Assembly (NCBI GenBank): GCA_964016885.1
Contig: OZ024743.1
Location: forward strand, 32,674,001 to 32,738,000
Length of the DNA stretch: 64,000 nucleotides
Direction: 5' to 3'
Source: Eledone cirrhosa
Lineage: Eukaryota
Positions 52,866-64,000 of this stretch are shown here, in pieces. Every line of letters begins with the position of its first letter. Within the stretch, counting starts at the first letter, position 1. Below the pieces are notes generated by a model. It was not told the origin of the DNA, ran no database searches, and saw only the letters and a list, made by a program, of their open reading frames with translations. A program made the translations under genes and the position numbers.

Positions 52866-55237
52866 GATAATTTAATATATCAACTAACATAAGCGCACAG
52901 ATGCACGCCCATGCCAGCAAATACACAGGTTATGTCATAGTACCTAGGTGGTTCAATGCAGGAGAATGCAGAACAATAATATAAAGGACGTAAAATAAGA
53001 AAATATTTTTTTAAAAAAATTTTTAAAAATTTTTTACTTACTTAAATTTTCACTCCAACTAATTAGTTTCTGCAATGGGATAAAGACAGTTACGTAATCC
53101 AACTGTCGAGAATTCATTGCGTCATCAGGGAGTCTATTCTCAGTTAAGTCTCCAGGCAATGCGCGGACACTGGCGGCTCATATAAAAATAATAATAATTC
53201 GGTAGATCGAACAGCTTGCGAGGACTGGATTCTACGTACCGAAATTCTCACTGCTTCAAGTCAAATGGCCGATTCTAAAGAATCAATCACGTGACACAGA
53301 GGCTAGTTAGAAGGAATGGGATGGTAAGATGACTGACGCCTACTAACACCCCAAAAAAAAAAAAATTTTTTTAGAAGTGGTTTTGACAAGTTTGCTCGAC
53401 AAATCAGTGATTTGGAGATAAATATAGATAATTTAATATATCAACTAACATAAGCGCACAGATGCACGCCCATGCCAGCAAATACACAGGTTATGTCATA
53501 GTACCTAGGTGGTTCAATGCAGGAGAATGCAGAACAATAATATAAAGGACGTAAATAAGAAAATATTTTTTTAAAAAAATTTTTAAAAAATTTTTTACTT
53601 ACTTAAATTTTCACTCCAACTAATTAGTTTCTGCAATGGGATAAAGACAGTTACGTAATCCAACTGTCGAGAATTCATTGCGTCATCAGGGAGTCTATTC
53701 TCAGTTAAGTCTCCAGGCAATGCGCGGACACTGGCGGCTCATATAAAAATAATAATAATTCGGTAGATCGAACAGCTTGCGAGGACTGGATTCTATGTAC
53801 CGAAATTCTCACTGCTTCAAGTCAAATGGCCGATTCTAAAGAATCAATCACGTGACACAGAGGCTAGTTAGAAGGAATGGGATGGTAAGATGACTGACGC
53901 CTACTAACACCCCAAAAAAAAAAAAAAATTTTTTTAGAAGTGATTTTGACAAGTTTGCTCGACAAATCAGTGATTTGGAGATAAATATAGATAATTTAAT
54001 ATATCAACTAACATAAGCGCACAGATGCACGCCCATGCCAGCAAATACACAGGTTATGTCATAGTACCTAGGTGGTTCAATGCAGGAGAATGCAGAACAA
54101 TAATATAAAGGACGTAAAATAAGAAAATATTTTTTAAAAAAATTTTTAAAAAATTTTTTACTTACTTAAATTTTCACTCCAACTAATTAGTTTCTGCAAT
54201 GGGATAAAGACAGTTACGTAATCCAACTGTCGAGAATTCATTGCATCTCCAAATCACTGATTTGTCGAGCAAACTTGTCAAAACCACTTCTAAAAAAATT
54301 TTTTTTTTGGGGTGTTAGTAGGCGTCAGTCATCTTACGATCCCATTCCTTCTAACTAGCCTCTGTGTCACGTGATTGATTCTTTAGAATCGGCCATTTGA
54401 CTTGAAGCAGTGAGAATTTCGGTACATAGAATCCAGTCCTCGCAAGCTGTTCGATCTACCGAATTATTATTATTTTTATATGAGCCGCCAGTGTCCGCGC
54501 ATTGCCTGGAGACTTAACTGAGAATAGACTCCCTGATGACGCAATGAATTCTCGACAGTTGGATTACGTAACTGTCTTTATCCCATTGCAGAAACTAATT
54601 AGTTGGAGTGAAAATTTAAGTAAGTAAAAAATTTTTTAAAAATTTTTTTAAAAAAATATTTTCTTATTTTACGTCCTTTATATTATTGTTCTGCATTCTC
54701 CTGCATTGAACCACCTAGGTACTATGACATAACCTGTGTATTTGCTGGCATGGGCGTGCATCTGTGCGCTTATGTTAGTTGATATATTAAATTATCTATA
54801 TTTATCTCCAAATCACTGATTTGTCGAGCAAACTTGTCAAAACCACTTCTAAAAAAATTTTTTTTTTTTTGGGGTGTTAGTAGGCGTCAGTCATCTTACC
54901 ATCCCATTCCTTCTAACTAGCCTCTGTGTCACGTGATTGATTCTTTAGAATCGGCCATTTGACTTGAAGCAGTGAGAATTTCGGTACATAGAATCCAGTC
55001 CTCGCAAGCTGTTCGATCTACCGAATTATTATTATTTTTATATGAGCCGCCAGTGTCCGCGCATTGCCTGGAGACTTAACTGAGAATAGACTCCCTGATG
55101 ACGCAATGAATTCTCGACAGTTGGATTACGTAACTGTCTTTATCCCATTGCAGAAACTAATTAGTTGGAGTGAAAATTTAAGTAAGTAAAAAATTTTTTA
55201 AAAATTTTTTAAAAAAAATATTTTCTTATTTTACGTC

Positions 55238-55245
<8 letters not shown>
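52862..55245. mobile_element. Tandem and inverted array of a hammerhead-containing unit of about 561 bp (family E): about 2.5 copies on minus (52862-54244), then about 1.8 copies on plus (54245-55245)
   Basis: Unit starts at 52864, 53425 and 53988. Orientation switches at 54244/54245. Copies are nearly identical. Confidence 0.9.
53052..53133 (-). ncRNA. Type I hammerhead ribozyme (family E). Further copies at 53613-53694 (-), 54528-54609 (+) and 55090-55171 (+), plus a truncated one at 54176-54244.
   Basis: ACTCC-CTGATGA-CGCAATG...(GACAGTT/AACTGTC hairpin)...CATTGCA-GAAA-CTAATTAG-TT-GGAGT. Confidence 0.88.
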
Positions 55246-55282
<37 letters not shown>

Positions 55283-55299
55283 TATATAAATATATATAC

Positions 55300-55385
<86 letters not shown>

Positions 55386-55388
<3 letters not shown>

Positions 55389-55930
55389 AAATATTAAAAA
55401 AATAATGAATAAAACAAAGAAACAGTTCCTTATATTAAACAAAAAAAGTTCATTATTTAACGATCGTTTCTAGGACATATATGTGTTAGAATTGGCATGC
55501 ATATTCAAAAGATCTATGTACAAAATTATACAAACTATCAAGGAGATTATACATACCATCACATATATATGCTGTCTTCAGAAATTATCATGATTATTTC
55601 TGAAGACAGCATATATATGTGATGGTATGTATATTCTCCTTGATAGTTTGTATAATTTTGTACATAGATCTTTTGAATATGCATGCCAATTCTAACACAT
55701 ATATGTCCTAGAAACGATCGTTAAATAATGAACTTTTTTTGTTTAATATAAGGAACTGTTTCTTTGTTTTATTCATTATTTTTTAAATATTTTATCTTGA
55801 CTCTGTATTCCGTTTATCTTTCACCGAAAGTGATTTTTGAATGCATCTCTTCTTTCCATGATATCCGGATTACATTGAGTTCTTCATACGGATTGGACAC
55901 TACCGTAAACTTTTGGTAGATTTATCTACA
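55386..55930 (+). mobile_element. Second family D hammerhead element with a terminal palindrome (55386-55795, centre TCA/TGA at 55590/55591)
   Basis: ATTATTT-CTGAAGA(55600)...GAAA-CGATCG-TT-AAATAAT(55729). Homologous to 42384-42930 with the same 3' end TTTATCTACA before (TA)n. Confidence 0.82.
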
Positions 55931-56087
55931 TATATATATATATACATATAAATATATATATATATATAAATATATATATTTATATATAAATATACATATC
56001 TATATAAATATATATATATATATAAATATACATATTTATATAAATATATATATATATATATAAATATACATATATATATAAATATAC

Positions 56088-56142
<55 letters not shown>

Positions 56143-56190
56143 AATATACATATATATATAAATATATATATATATATAAATATACATATT

Positions 56191-56232
<42 letters not shown>

Positions 56233-56240
56233 TACATATT

Positions 56241-56320
<80 letters not shown>

Positions 56321-56323
56321 TAC

Positions 56324-56366
<43 letters not shown>

Positions 56367-56445
56367 TACATATATATATAAATATATATATAATATAATG
56401 AAATGACAGGAGGCTGGATTTGTGTAAATCCTTGAAAGGTTTAGT

Positions 56446-56503
56446 ATACTATGATCATTTCAATGACCGGGTTCCGTATGAATCCGGTGATATCATCAGG
56501 TAT
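56446..56503 (-). ncRNA. Type I hammerhead ribozyme (family F) in a non-coding island at about 56395-56612
   Basis: ATAC-CTGATGA-TATCACCGG...CCGGTCATT-GAAA-TGATCA-TA-GTAT. Confidence 0.72.
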
Positions 56504-56975
56504 TCGAAATATAATACGTGAATGTAATAGATAAAATCCATGGGGCTGAAAATCGAAGACCCGAGGGCGACCGCTATTCTGTTCCTTCAACCACTCCAGG
56601 GCGACCGGCTGTATGTATATTTATATATATTTATATATATGTATATATATATATATATATAAATATGTATATTTATATATATATATATATATATTGATAT
56701 ATACATATATATATCAATATATATATATATATGTATAAATATACATATATATATATGTATATATGTATAAATATACATATATATATCAATATATATATAT
56801 ATATATATGTATAAATATACATATATATCAATATATATATATATATATATATATAAATATACATATATATATCAATATATATATATATATATATGTATAA
56901 ATATACATATATATCAATATATATATATATATATATATATAAATATACATATATATATCAATATATATATATATA

Positions 56976-57478
56976 TTGTTATACTTTGGGAGGGTCATGT
57001 TGCCAATAAGAAACACACGCACCAGTTGCTTTCACTTCAATTTATTATAATAAATTTATAAATTTAGGAATTTATAAATCTATAAATTTCTGGTTGGTTG
57101 GTTGGTTCCACAACCAGATAGTTGTTTATATATTGTCAAAGTTCTTTCGTCACACATTCTGTGACCTCTTCAGTGACTGGGGATTCTTTTCTTTGTTTTT
57201 GTGCCTCCCCTTTGTTCTGTCCTACGCCATCTTGTTTCTGTGTGTGTGTTGCGTGCTCAGTCTGCGCATGCGCCACATCCGGGTGTCTGTGTGTGTTTAT
57301 ATTCGTTTATTTATTTGTTTATTTACATGTTACAGGTTAGTTGTTTGTTCTATGTGCGTGTGTGTTTTCATTTTGTCCTTAATTGTAAGTTGTGATGTTG
57401 CTGTTCCACTCATGTTTTCTATTTAATTTTGGTTGTAATTCTTTTATGTTTATTGCCTCTGTGATTTGTCTAAACAAA
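56976..57478 (-). mobile_element. 3' end of a second Penelope-like lineage: endonuclease C-terminus plus 3' UTR with a minimal hammerhead (family G, 57135-57177)
   Basis: Minus translation FRQITEAINIKELQPKLNRKHEWNSNITTYN* resembles the Penelope GIY-YIG C-terminal EA..I....P.LN motif. Hammerhead GTCA-CTGAAGA-GGTCACA gaatg TGTGAC-GAAA-GAAC-TT-TGAC. Confidence 0.7.
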
Positions 57479-57582
57479 TATATACATATATATGTGTATA
57501 TACATATATATATACACATATATATATATATAGATATACAATGATATTAAATAAATGGAAACTATATTTATAAAACCATATT

Positions 57583-57647
57583 TATTTTATTATATATATT
57601 TCAAGGGTAACCAAGACAACATTGTTACGCTTTCATCAGATAAAATA
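57583..57647 (-). ncRNA. Type I hammerhead ribozyme (diverged family C) in a Penelope pseudo-LTR remnant at about 57540-57670
   Basis: TATTTTAT-CTGATGA-AAGCGTAAC...GTTACCCTT-GAAA-TATATA-TA-ATAAAATA. Confidence 0.78.
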
Positions 57648-59736
57648 CAAAGTTTGTTTTATAAATAGAGACATACCCATGAAAATCATACCTTAAATTG
57701 ACACTTACACAGCTTCATACTTATCCTCTTTTATACCTACCCACTAACCCATACCCCTCCACATAGTGCTGTGTGGTCTCTTCAGTTACATCAAGGGCAC
57801 AACTCCTCGAGTGTTGGTGACAGGATACAATGTTTGGTGCACTAGAAGCTTCAGCACACATGCTTTTTTTTAAAGAAAATAGTCTCACAAATTGGGCAGA
57901 GAAGTCCCTGGATGGAAAAAAAATTTAAGAGTGTTGCCAATGGGACTTGAACTCAATTCTACCTCATGCCAGACATCTGTGCTACTGATTATACCAAAGT
58001 GAAGCTGACAAAATTTTCTGTTATTTTGAGGTTTTATCAATCAATCAAAATGTAAATTAATGAGTAGATATGTATTCATTGAAAATTAAACTTAGAAGCT
58101 CCAATGTCCATGCATTGAAACTTCTAACTCTAGGTTAGTTTTCAATATATATATATATATATATAGAAAATTAACCTCCAAGATAGCCAACTGAATACAC
58201 ATGTGTTTTTTACTCACCATTTCTTTTCTCATTTTCCCCATTCCTTTCTATTATCACTCTTTACTTTCTATTTATCTTCTATTTCTAACTCTATCTTCTG
58301 ATGAACGTTAAGTGTCTCTTCCTGCTATTTCAAGCGTTAAACTAATATATTTCTTCCATGTACTGTTCTGTTTGTTTTGTTATTGTTGTTATTACTTTTA
58401 CATACATATACGTGTGAATGTGTGTGTGACTAAAGGTATATGTAATGTTTTATTTGTGGATAAGCTAGTATAGAGAAATACATAAATGTAGATTAAAAAG
58501 ATTAAGAGAGATAGACCGACTGACAAAGAGACACAGAAATGAAGTGCATGAAGTGAAAGAGAAAAAGAAATAACAAATGAGAGGGAGTGATATATAACCT
58601 CTATAGTAGAGGTTATATTTCACTAAAAAGAAACATAGTTGATTATTTTTGTGTGATGCTATGAGAAAATTTCACTCACTTTTGAAATACTTTTTGATTT
58701 TTATTTCATATTGAACTGCAGCTTGGTGATTAATAGTGTATTTAATTATTTGTTCAGGGTCACAAGAATAAAAGTTTCGAATGGCAGGAAAGAATTAGTG
58801 GAAAAATCACTGATCATTAACCTCCACCTTCAAATGTTGCAAGTAAGGTTGGGTGAATATGCAGTGGTATAGCAGCAAGGTGGTTTTGAATAAATGATGC
58901 CTGGTTCATTGAGTTTCAGTTTAAATTGGTCACAGTTGATTTACTCCTTCATATAGGTTAATATAATATTCTCTTACTAGAGGTCTGTAGTTAGAGAAGC
59001 ACTGACATTTATTCGGAGATCAAGAGATAAGGGAGATGCCACAAGTATCAAATAGCCAATAATAGATAAGACACCACCTTTTAGTTATGGATCAAATGCA
59101 CTAGCCTTTGTTCTACAAAGAAACTTCATATTTTTCGATACCTTCATCATAAACAAAGGAAATGGGCTGATTTCGATGTGCCAACATATGATATAAGTTC
59201 ACAATAATTCTCCATTATATTATCTACAATGTCATGTCATAAAATATTGTTGTGTTCACATGTGATCCTTTGTATTCAATCTACTAACAGGTTCAAATTG
59301 TATATGGAACTAATAGCTACCCTAAATATACCTAATCACAAAATCATATATCGTTATTAACATACCAATGACATATTTACAATTTAATATATTCACAATA
59401 TACAGTCTTCTTAATAACAGTCATATATAAAACATAAAATATACATAAAATAATTATTATTACACTTACAAATAGAACTTTACAAAATATCTGCATATTT
59501 AATGAAATGAAATCATTTTAATGATATGAAATATTATAATGATTCCATCTTTGCATTTGTTTATGGTTATTTTTATGAATAATTTAGAACTTCATAGCTT
59601 TATAGACTATATCTACTCTCTTCTGTATATTTTCTAAGAAATTTAATAAACTGCTCTTATTGGAGTTATTTCTTTTTTATATATTTAGGTTCTAAACAAC
59701 CCTAAAGAGAATTTTTGTTTACTAATTGCATGGAAA

Positions 59737-60025
59737 GTGTATGTGTTGGTGTGTGTGTGTTGGTGTGTGTGTTGGTGTGTGTGGTGTGTGTGTGTGAGGT
59801 GGTGTGTGTGTGTGTTGGTGTGTGTGTTGGTGTTGGTGTGTGTGTGTGTTGGCGTGTGTGTGGTATGTGTGTGTGTGAGGCGGTGTGTGTTGGTGTGTGA
59901 GGCAGTGTGTGTTGGTGTGTGTGGTGGTGAGTATGTATGTATGTTTGTGTGTGTGTGTATGTGTATGGAGGGGTTTATGTATGTGTGTTGGTGTGTGTAT
60001 GGAGGGAGTTATGTATGTGTGCGTG
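59737..60025. repeat. GT-rich microsatellite
   Basis: Direct inspection. Confidence 0.93.
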
Positions 60026-60052
60026 TAATTGTCCATGTCTACATTGGTGTAA

Positions 60053-60202
60053 GGTGGTGAATTGGCAGAGGTGTTAGAACGTTGGATAAAGTGCTTTGCT
60101 GTATTAGTTCTGGCTCTCTGAGTTCAAATCCTGCTGAGGTCAACTTTGCCTTTCATCCATTCCAGGTCAATATAAAAAGTACCAGTCTAGTATTGGGATC
60201 AA
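60053..60202 (+). mobile_element. Older tRNA-derived SINE related to S1
   Basis: GGTGGTGAATTGGCAGA head, GAGTTCAAATCC B-box and CTTTGCCTTTCATCC core. Confidence 0.75.
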
Positions 60203-60493
60203 TCCTTCCTATATATCTCTCTCTCACTCTCTCTATCCTTCTCTAGAAGAAATCTGCTGTATTTAGACCTGGAGAGGAGTTGAGTGCCACCAGGTTTAAA
60301 GAAAAAAGCCCAGGAAATGCTGTATGTCAATACGACACCCCTACGACTCTCTCAGGAGTTATGGAACCACACATACATACATTGGTGTATATTAATGTGG
60401 CCCAGTCAAAAATCCTAATTGGAGATAACTTCCTAAAAAGGAATGTAACTCAAAGAAATCTTAAACATTCAGTAAATAGAGAATGATATAATT

Positions 60494-60685
60494 GTTTCTA
60501 CTTTTGGCACAAGGCCAGCAATTATCCCAGTGTATTACTGGTACTTTATTTTATCGACCCCGTAAGGATGAAAGGCAAGGTTAACCTCGGCGGGATTTGA
60601 ACTCAGACCATAAAGGGCCGTAACTCTTTGCTGCAAAGCATGGCGTCCAACCCTCTACCGATACTGCCAATCCACCACCCTATTC
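60494..60685 (-). mobile_element. Full-length S1 SINE
   Basis: Reverse complement of the 4788 and 6791 copies. TSD ATGATATAATT (60483-60493 and 60686-60696). Confidence 0.92.
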
Positions 60686-61309
60686 ATGATATAATTAATA
60701 CTAGAAACACTAGAATAATTAGCGGTGTTGATGTCTCTAGCCAGGAGGCTCATTTGGTCAGTGCTTATCCCAGTTTCATGGTGTAAAGTGACCGAGTACA
60801 AGACTCCTTCGCCTGGACAGGACACCAGTCCATTGCAGGATTAAACCCCCAGCTATTGCTGGTAATCATCTTCAGCGATGTATACTGGAGCACTGATGTC
60901 AATGTAATTGTCTAAAAGTCTTGAAACTATTGCCACCTATTAGCAGTTTTCTAGTGAATGAAACCAGTAAAAAAAACATGTATATAATTAAAAGAGATAC
61001 CTCAGCGTTGTCACAGAGAAATGACTGAGGCTAGTGAAAAAATATAACAATGACAAAAGATGTGTATGTGTACATTCATATATATATATGTGTGTAATGT
61101 GTGCATCCTAATGCAAATGACCACAATAGAAAATCAAGAGGTTGCTGATGGACCTCAGGATAGGGAATGGAGGAGGTTTATCTCTCTTTTCATTTGTAAT
61201 ATGGCTTCTATAGTCTTGGCATTCATATATACATGCACACATATGCATAGATTCTTGAAGTTATATCCATTTTTTTTTATATTCTAGAAATCTGTATTTT
61301 CATATTTCT

Positions 61310-61742
61310 ATATGTGTTTTGTCATGAATCTTGGGTAATGACCAAAAGAATACAATCACAAATACAAGTGGCCAAAATGAGATTTCTCCAAAGGGTCTTT
61401 GGAGTAATGTTACTTGATAAAGTGCGTAGCTTGGAGATCAGAGAGTCACTCCAGGTAGAGCTGCTACTTCTCCAAATTGAGAAATCACAGCTCTGGTAAA
61501 ATACTATGGGAATGTGGTTAGAATGTCTCAGAAAAGTATCGCTGGGCAAAACCAACCAGCAGGAGACCCAGGGTTAGACCCTGGGCAAGATGGTTGGATA
61601 ACATCCATGAGCTTGGCTGGTCACGCTTGAGCATTCAGCCGGATCAGTTGGAGATGGTTGCTTCTGACAGGACCCACTGGAAGGAGTGTTTGGGGAATCT
61701 GCCCCCACGTCCCTCTCAGGAATAAGTGGGCGAAGAAGAAGA
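61310..61742 (+). mobile_element. Decayed RTE LINE 3' end of the Expander/Rex3 type with (GAA)n tail
   Basis: Translation HESWVMTKRIQSQIQVAKMRFLQRVFG..LLDKVRSLEIRESLQVE.LLLQIEKSQL...RRPRVRPWARWLDNI...LPPRPSQE*. Ends in gaagaagaaga. Confidence 0.82.
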
Positions 61743-63079
61743 GTATTGGATTACTGTATATTTTGCTGATGAGTGTTCCAGTTTTTCAAACAAAGGAACT
61801 GCTTGCTCATGAAATTAAGTAATCAAATTCACAAGCTTATGATCATGAACCAAACACCTCTACCCACCACTAGTCCATGTGCCTTCATTTATTTTCATAT
61901 ACTCATACAATTATTTTTACGTTAATACCTATTTGCTTTTAATCTGTTGACTCTTTCATTATCATACTTCTAATGCAATACACTGTCTATATATTGCAAT
62001 TAAGTTTGAAAATAATCAAATATTTGGAGGAATTAAATAAAACAACTCATTCATTCATTAGTAAGCTGATATTTAGAATATTACTTAAATATTTTTTAAA
62101 CAAAATCACAATGGAAGGATTTAATATAAGTATAAACAATTTAAAATGTGAATTTTTTTAATCATAAATTCAAATTGGTTTCAGGCAGTTTGGTATCAAA
62201 AAGAATTAGAACATTATTGAAAATTAGTTCTATTTCTCTTGTAAAATTCGCTACTGTGTGCTAACATCAACTTCTCATACTGTTCTTGCTATGTTACCTT
62301 ATTCTCTTTGCAACCCCATCAATTGGTCACTTAGAGTAAGACGACTTTAACAAGACATGTTTCTATGTTTTGATCAATGTAATAATTTATTATCCAAAAT
62401 TATTGCATTAATATGTATATAATTTTCCATTGTTATCTGTAGTTGTCTTTATATATACTGCAAGAGTATTGATCTGGATTCTGCAGATACATAAAGTCTT
62501 ATTCCTTTCTTAGTATCCCATTATGGCATGCTTTCAGTTCAAATTACCCATAACTTATAACAGTCCCTGGAAATCAGCAGAAGAAAAGAATTTTCGGTTG
62601 TAAAATAACTTTAAGAGAAGAATTTGAAATATCTTTTGACTTCAGACAATCACCCATTGTTATTTGAAATGTTTCAAGTCATTCTCTGCCATACACCATA
62701 CTTTGTTGATGATGGAATAATAGACAATAGTTCTGTCATGAGAAGGGTTTCATATAACATTCACAGTATATCAGAGGGACTGGAGATGATAATGAAGATT
62801 CTTATGAAAGAGGATTCAAAAGAATGATTTATATTTACCCATTTTAACTATACAGATACTCATAACTTTATATACATTCCAATACACTATAGTGGGGAGG
62901 GTGTCTTTCAAATATATTGGCATGCATCAATTATAAATTATTACCCTTTCTATTGTTATTGATACTGTTGAATTTCTTTACATACTTTGCAGCTTTGACA
63001 ACTAAGCATCTGTTACACTTTTGTTTTTATCTTTCCCAGGAGAGTAGCATGCCTGTGATATGCTCATTATAGCTGAACC

Positions 63080-63171
63080 ATGGGAAACAAGTTTTGTGGC
63101 CCTCTACTTAAGAAGAACTATAGACATGAAAGCTATCCGTGGAATATTAGGAAAGATTCCCATCTTTTAAG
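63080..63171 (+). CDS. sif: First coding exon of a still life (sif)/Tiam1-2-like Rac GEF, N-terminally acylated isoform. Whole exon 63040-63171.
   Basis: Acceptor ttgtttttatctttcccag ends at 63039, Kozak aaccATGG, donor AG/gtaaga at 63172. Peptide MGNKFCGPLLKKNYRHESYPWNIRKDSHLL(R) resembles the Drosophila Sif type 1 N-terminus as I recall it (MGNKLSCSCAPLMRKAYRYEDSPW...RRDGHLL). Identified from memory, not by search. Confidence 0.8.
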
Positions 63172-63360
63172 GTAAGATCAAATTTTATAACATAATTCCT
63201 ATGTATTTAATTATGTTATGATATGGACACATACATACAAACATACATACAAACATACACATATGTAAGTAACTCTTATTTTGTATGTTAAATTGTTTAT
63301 ATCTGAAGGCAAGAAGGATATGTGTGTTTATGAGGCCAAACTGAGGCTGAAACATGTTAA

Positions 63361-63708
63361 CCCTTTACCATTTACATTATTCTATATACTGAGTTCAAAT
63401 CCCATCGAGGTTAACTTTGCCTTTCATCCTTACGGGGTCGATAAAATAAAGTACCACTAATTCACTGGGATAATTGCTGGCCTTGTGCCAAAAGTAGAAA
63501 CAATTATTCTATATATACTATTGTATTTTTACAGTAAACACTTTATCTCTTATAATTATCTCTCATAATATCGAATCTAGGACATGTTGATATTATTTAT
63601 TTTGAGATCATTACCTTAACATCAGTATGAGCAGCTAGTTATGGTTGGGTTGAACAGAAAGAGGTGAGAAAACTCTGGCCGGATATGGCCAGTTTAAATG
63701 GTAAAGGG
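63361..63708. mobile_element. piggyBac-type MITE carrying a nested 5'-truncated S1 SINE (63389-63502)
   Basis: Perfect 14-bp TIR CCCTTTACCATTTA / TAAATGGTAAAGGG with TTAA on both sides. SINE TSD ATTATTCTATATA (63376-63388 and 63503-63515). Confidence 0.88.
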
Positions 63709-64000
63709 TTAATTCAATCGTGCTTTTTTTGCTAACTTCTTGAAATTAATTACCAGCAGGGTTCTATATACCTTCTCTATCAGTGAAAGAGGACATTTTC
63801 ATAACTTAACCATTTATCATTCAATACACTCCTGTCACCTTCAGTAAACTTCTTATCAAAAGACACACAAATGAACAGTGGTTGCTTGGCTGCCAAATAT
63901 GTTTAAAATTCTTTTTGGGTGGCTATTAAACTTAAACTACCTAATTTATAGATAGTTTTACGAAATTTTTACATGCATGCTGATTATCAAACATGTACTT

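Noticed and set aside
57935-58010. tRNA-like sequence on the minus strand
   Set aside because: A- and B-box-like motifs are present but I cannot build a cloverleaf. It is more likely a decayed SINE head than a tRNA gene.
58290-58350. Possible hammerhead (CTGATGAACG...CGTTAAAC)
   Set aside because: GAAA is replaced by TAAA and there is no convincing stem I. Not counted.
58586-58624. Short hairpin AGTGATATATAACCTCTA…TAGAGGTTATATTTCACT
   Set aside because: It is a single AT-rich palindrome with no second copy, TSD or other supporting context.

Overview
AT-rich, repeat-dominated animal genomic DNA. It is most likely an octopus or other coleoid cephalopod, inferred from the SINE, RTE and Penelope repertoire and the very long (TA)n tracts. 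The only host coding sequence I recognise is an exon near the right end (63080-63171, +) encoding MGNKFCGPLLKKNYRHESYPWNIRKDSHLL, which resembles the N-terminus of Drosophila still life (sif, a Tiam1/2-type Rac GEF), so part of the upstream window is probably a 5' intron. The rest comprises a young non-coding LTR element inside a GGT/GAT minisatellite, tRNA-derived SINEs, hAT- and piggyBac-type MITEs, a 17.5-kb 38-bp satellite with higher-order duplications, and PHD-finger RTE LINE fragments. The most striking region is 31.3-57.7 kb, where (TA)n tracts are interleaved with short non-coding islands, nearly all carrying a type I hammerhead ribozyme. By eye I count about 17 intact-looking motifs in about 7 families. 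They include 460-560-nt tandem retrozyme-like units (one family with a conserved octamer), palindromes centred next to the ribozyme core, and an open 239-codon Penelope GIY-YIG frame of which the ORF track shows only the last 62 codons. The long IY, VVVLL and TTINN ORFs are simple-repeat artefacts.
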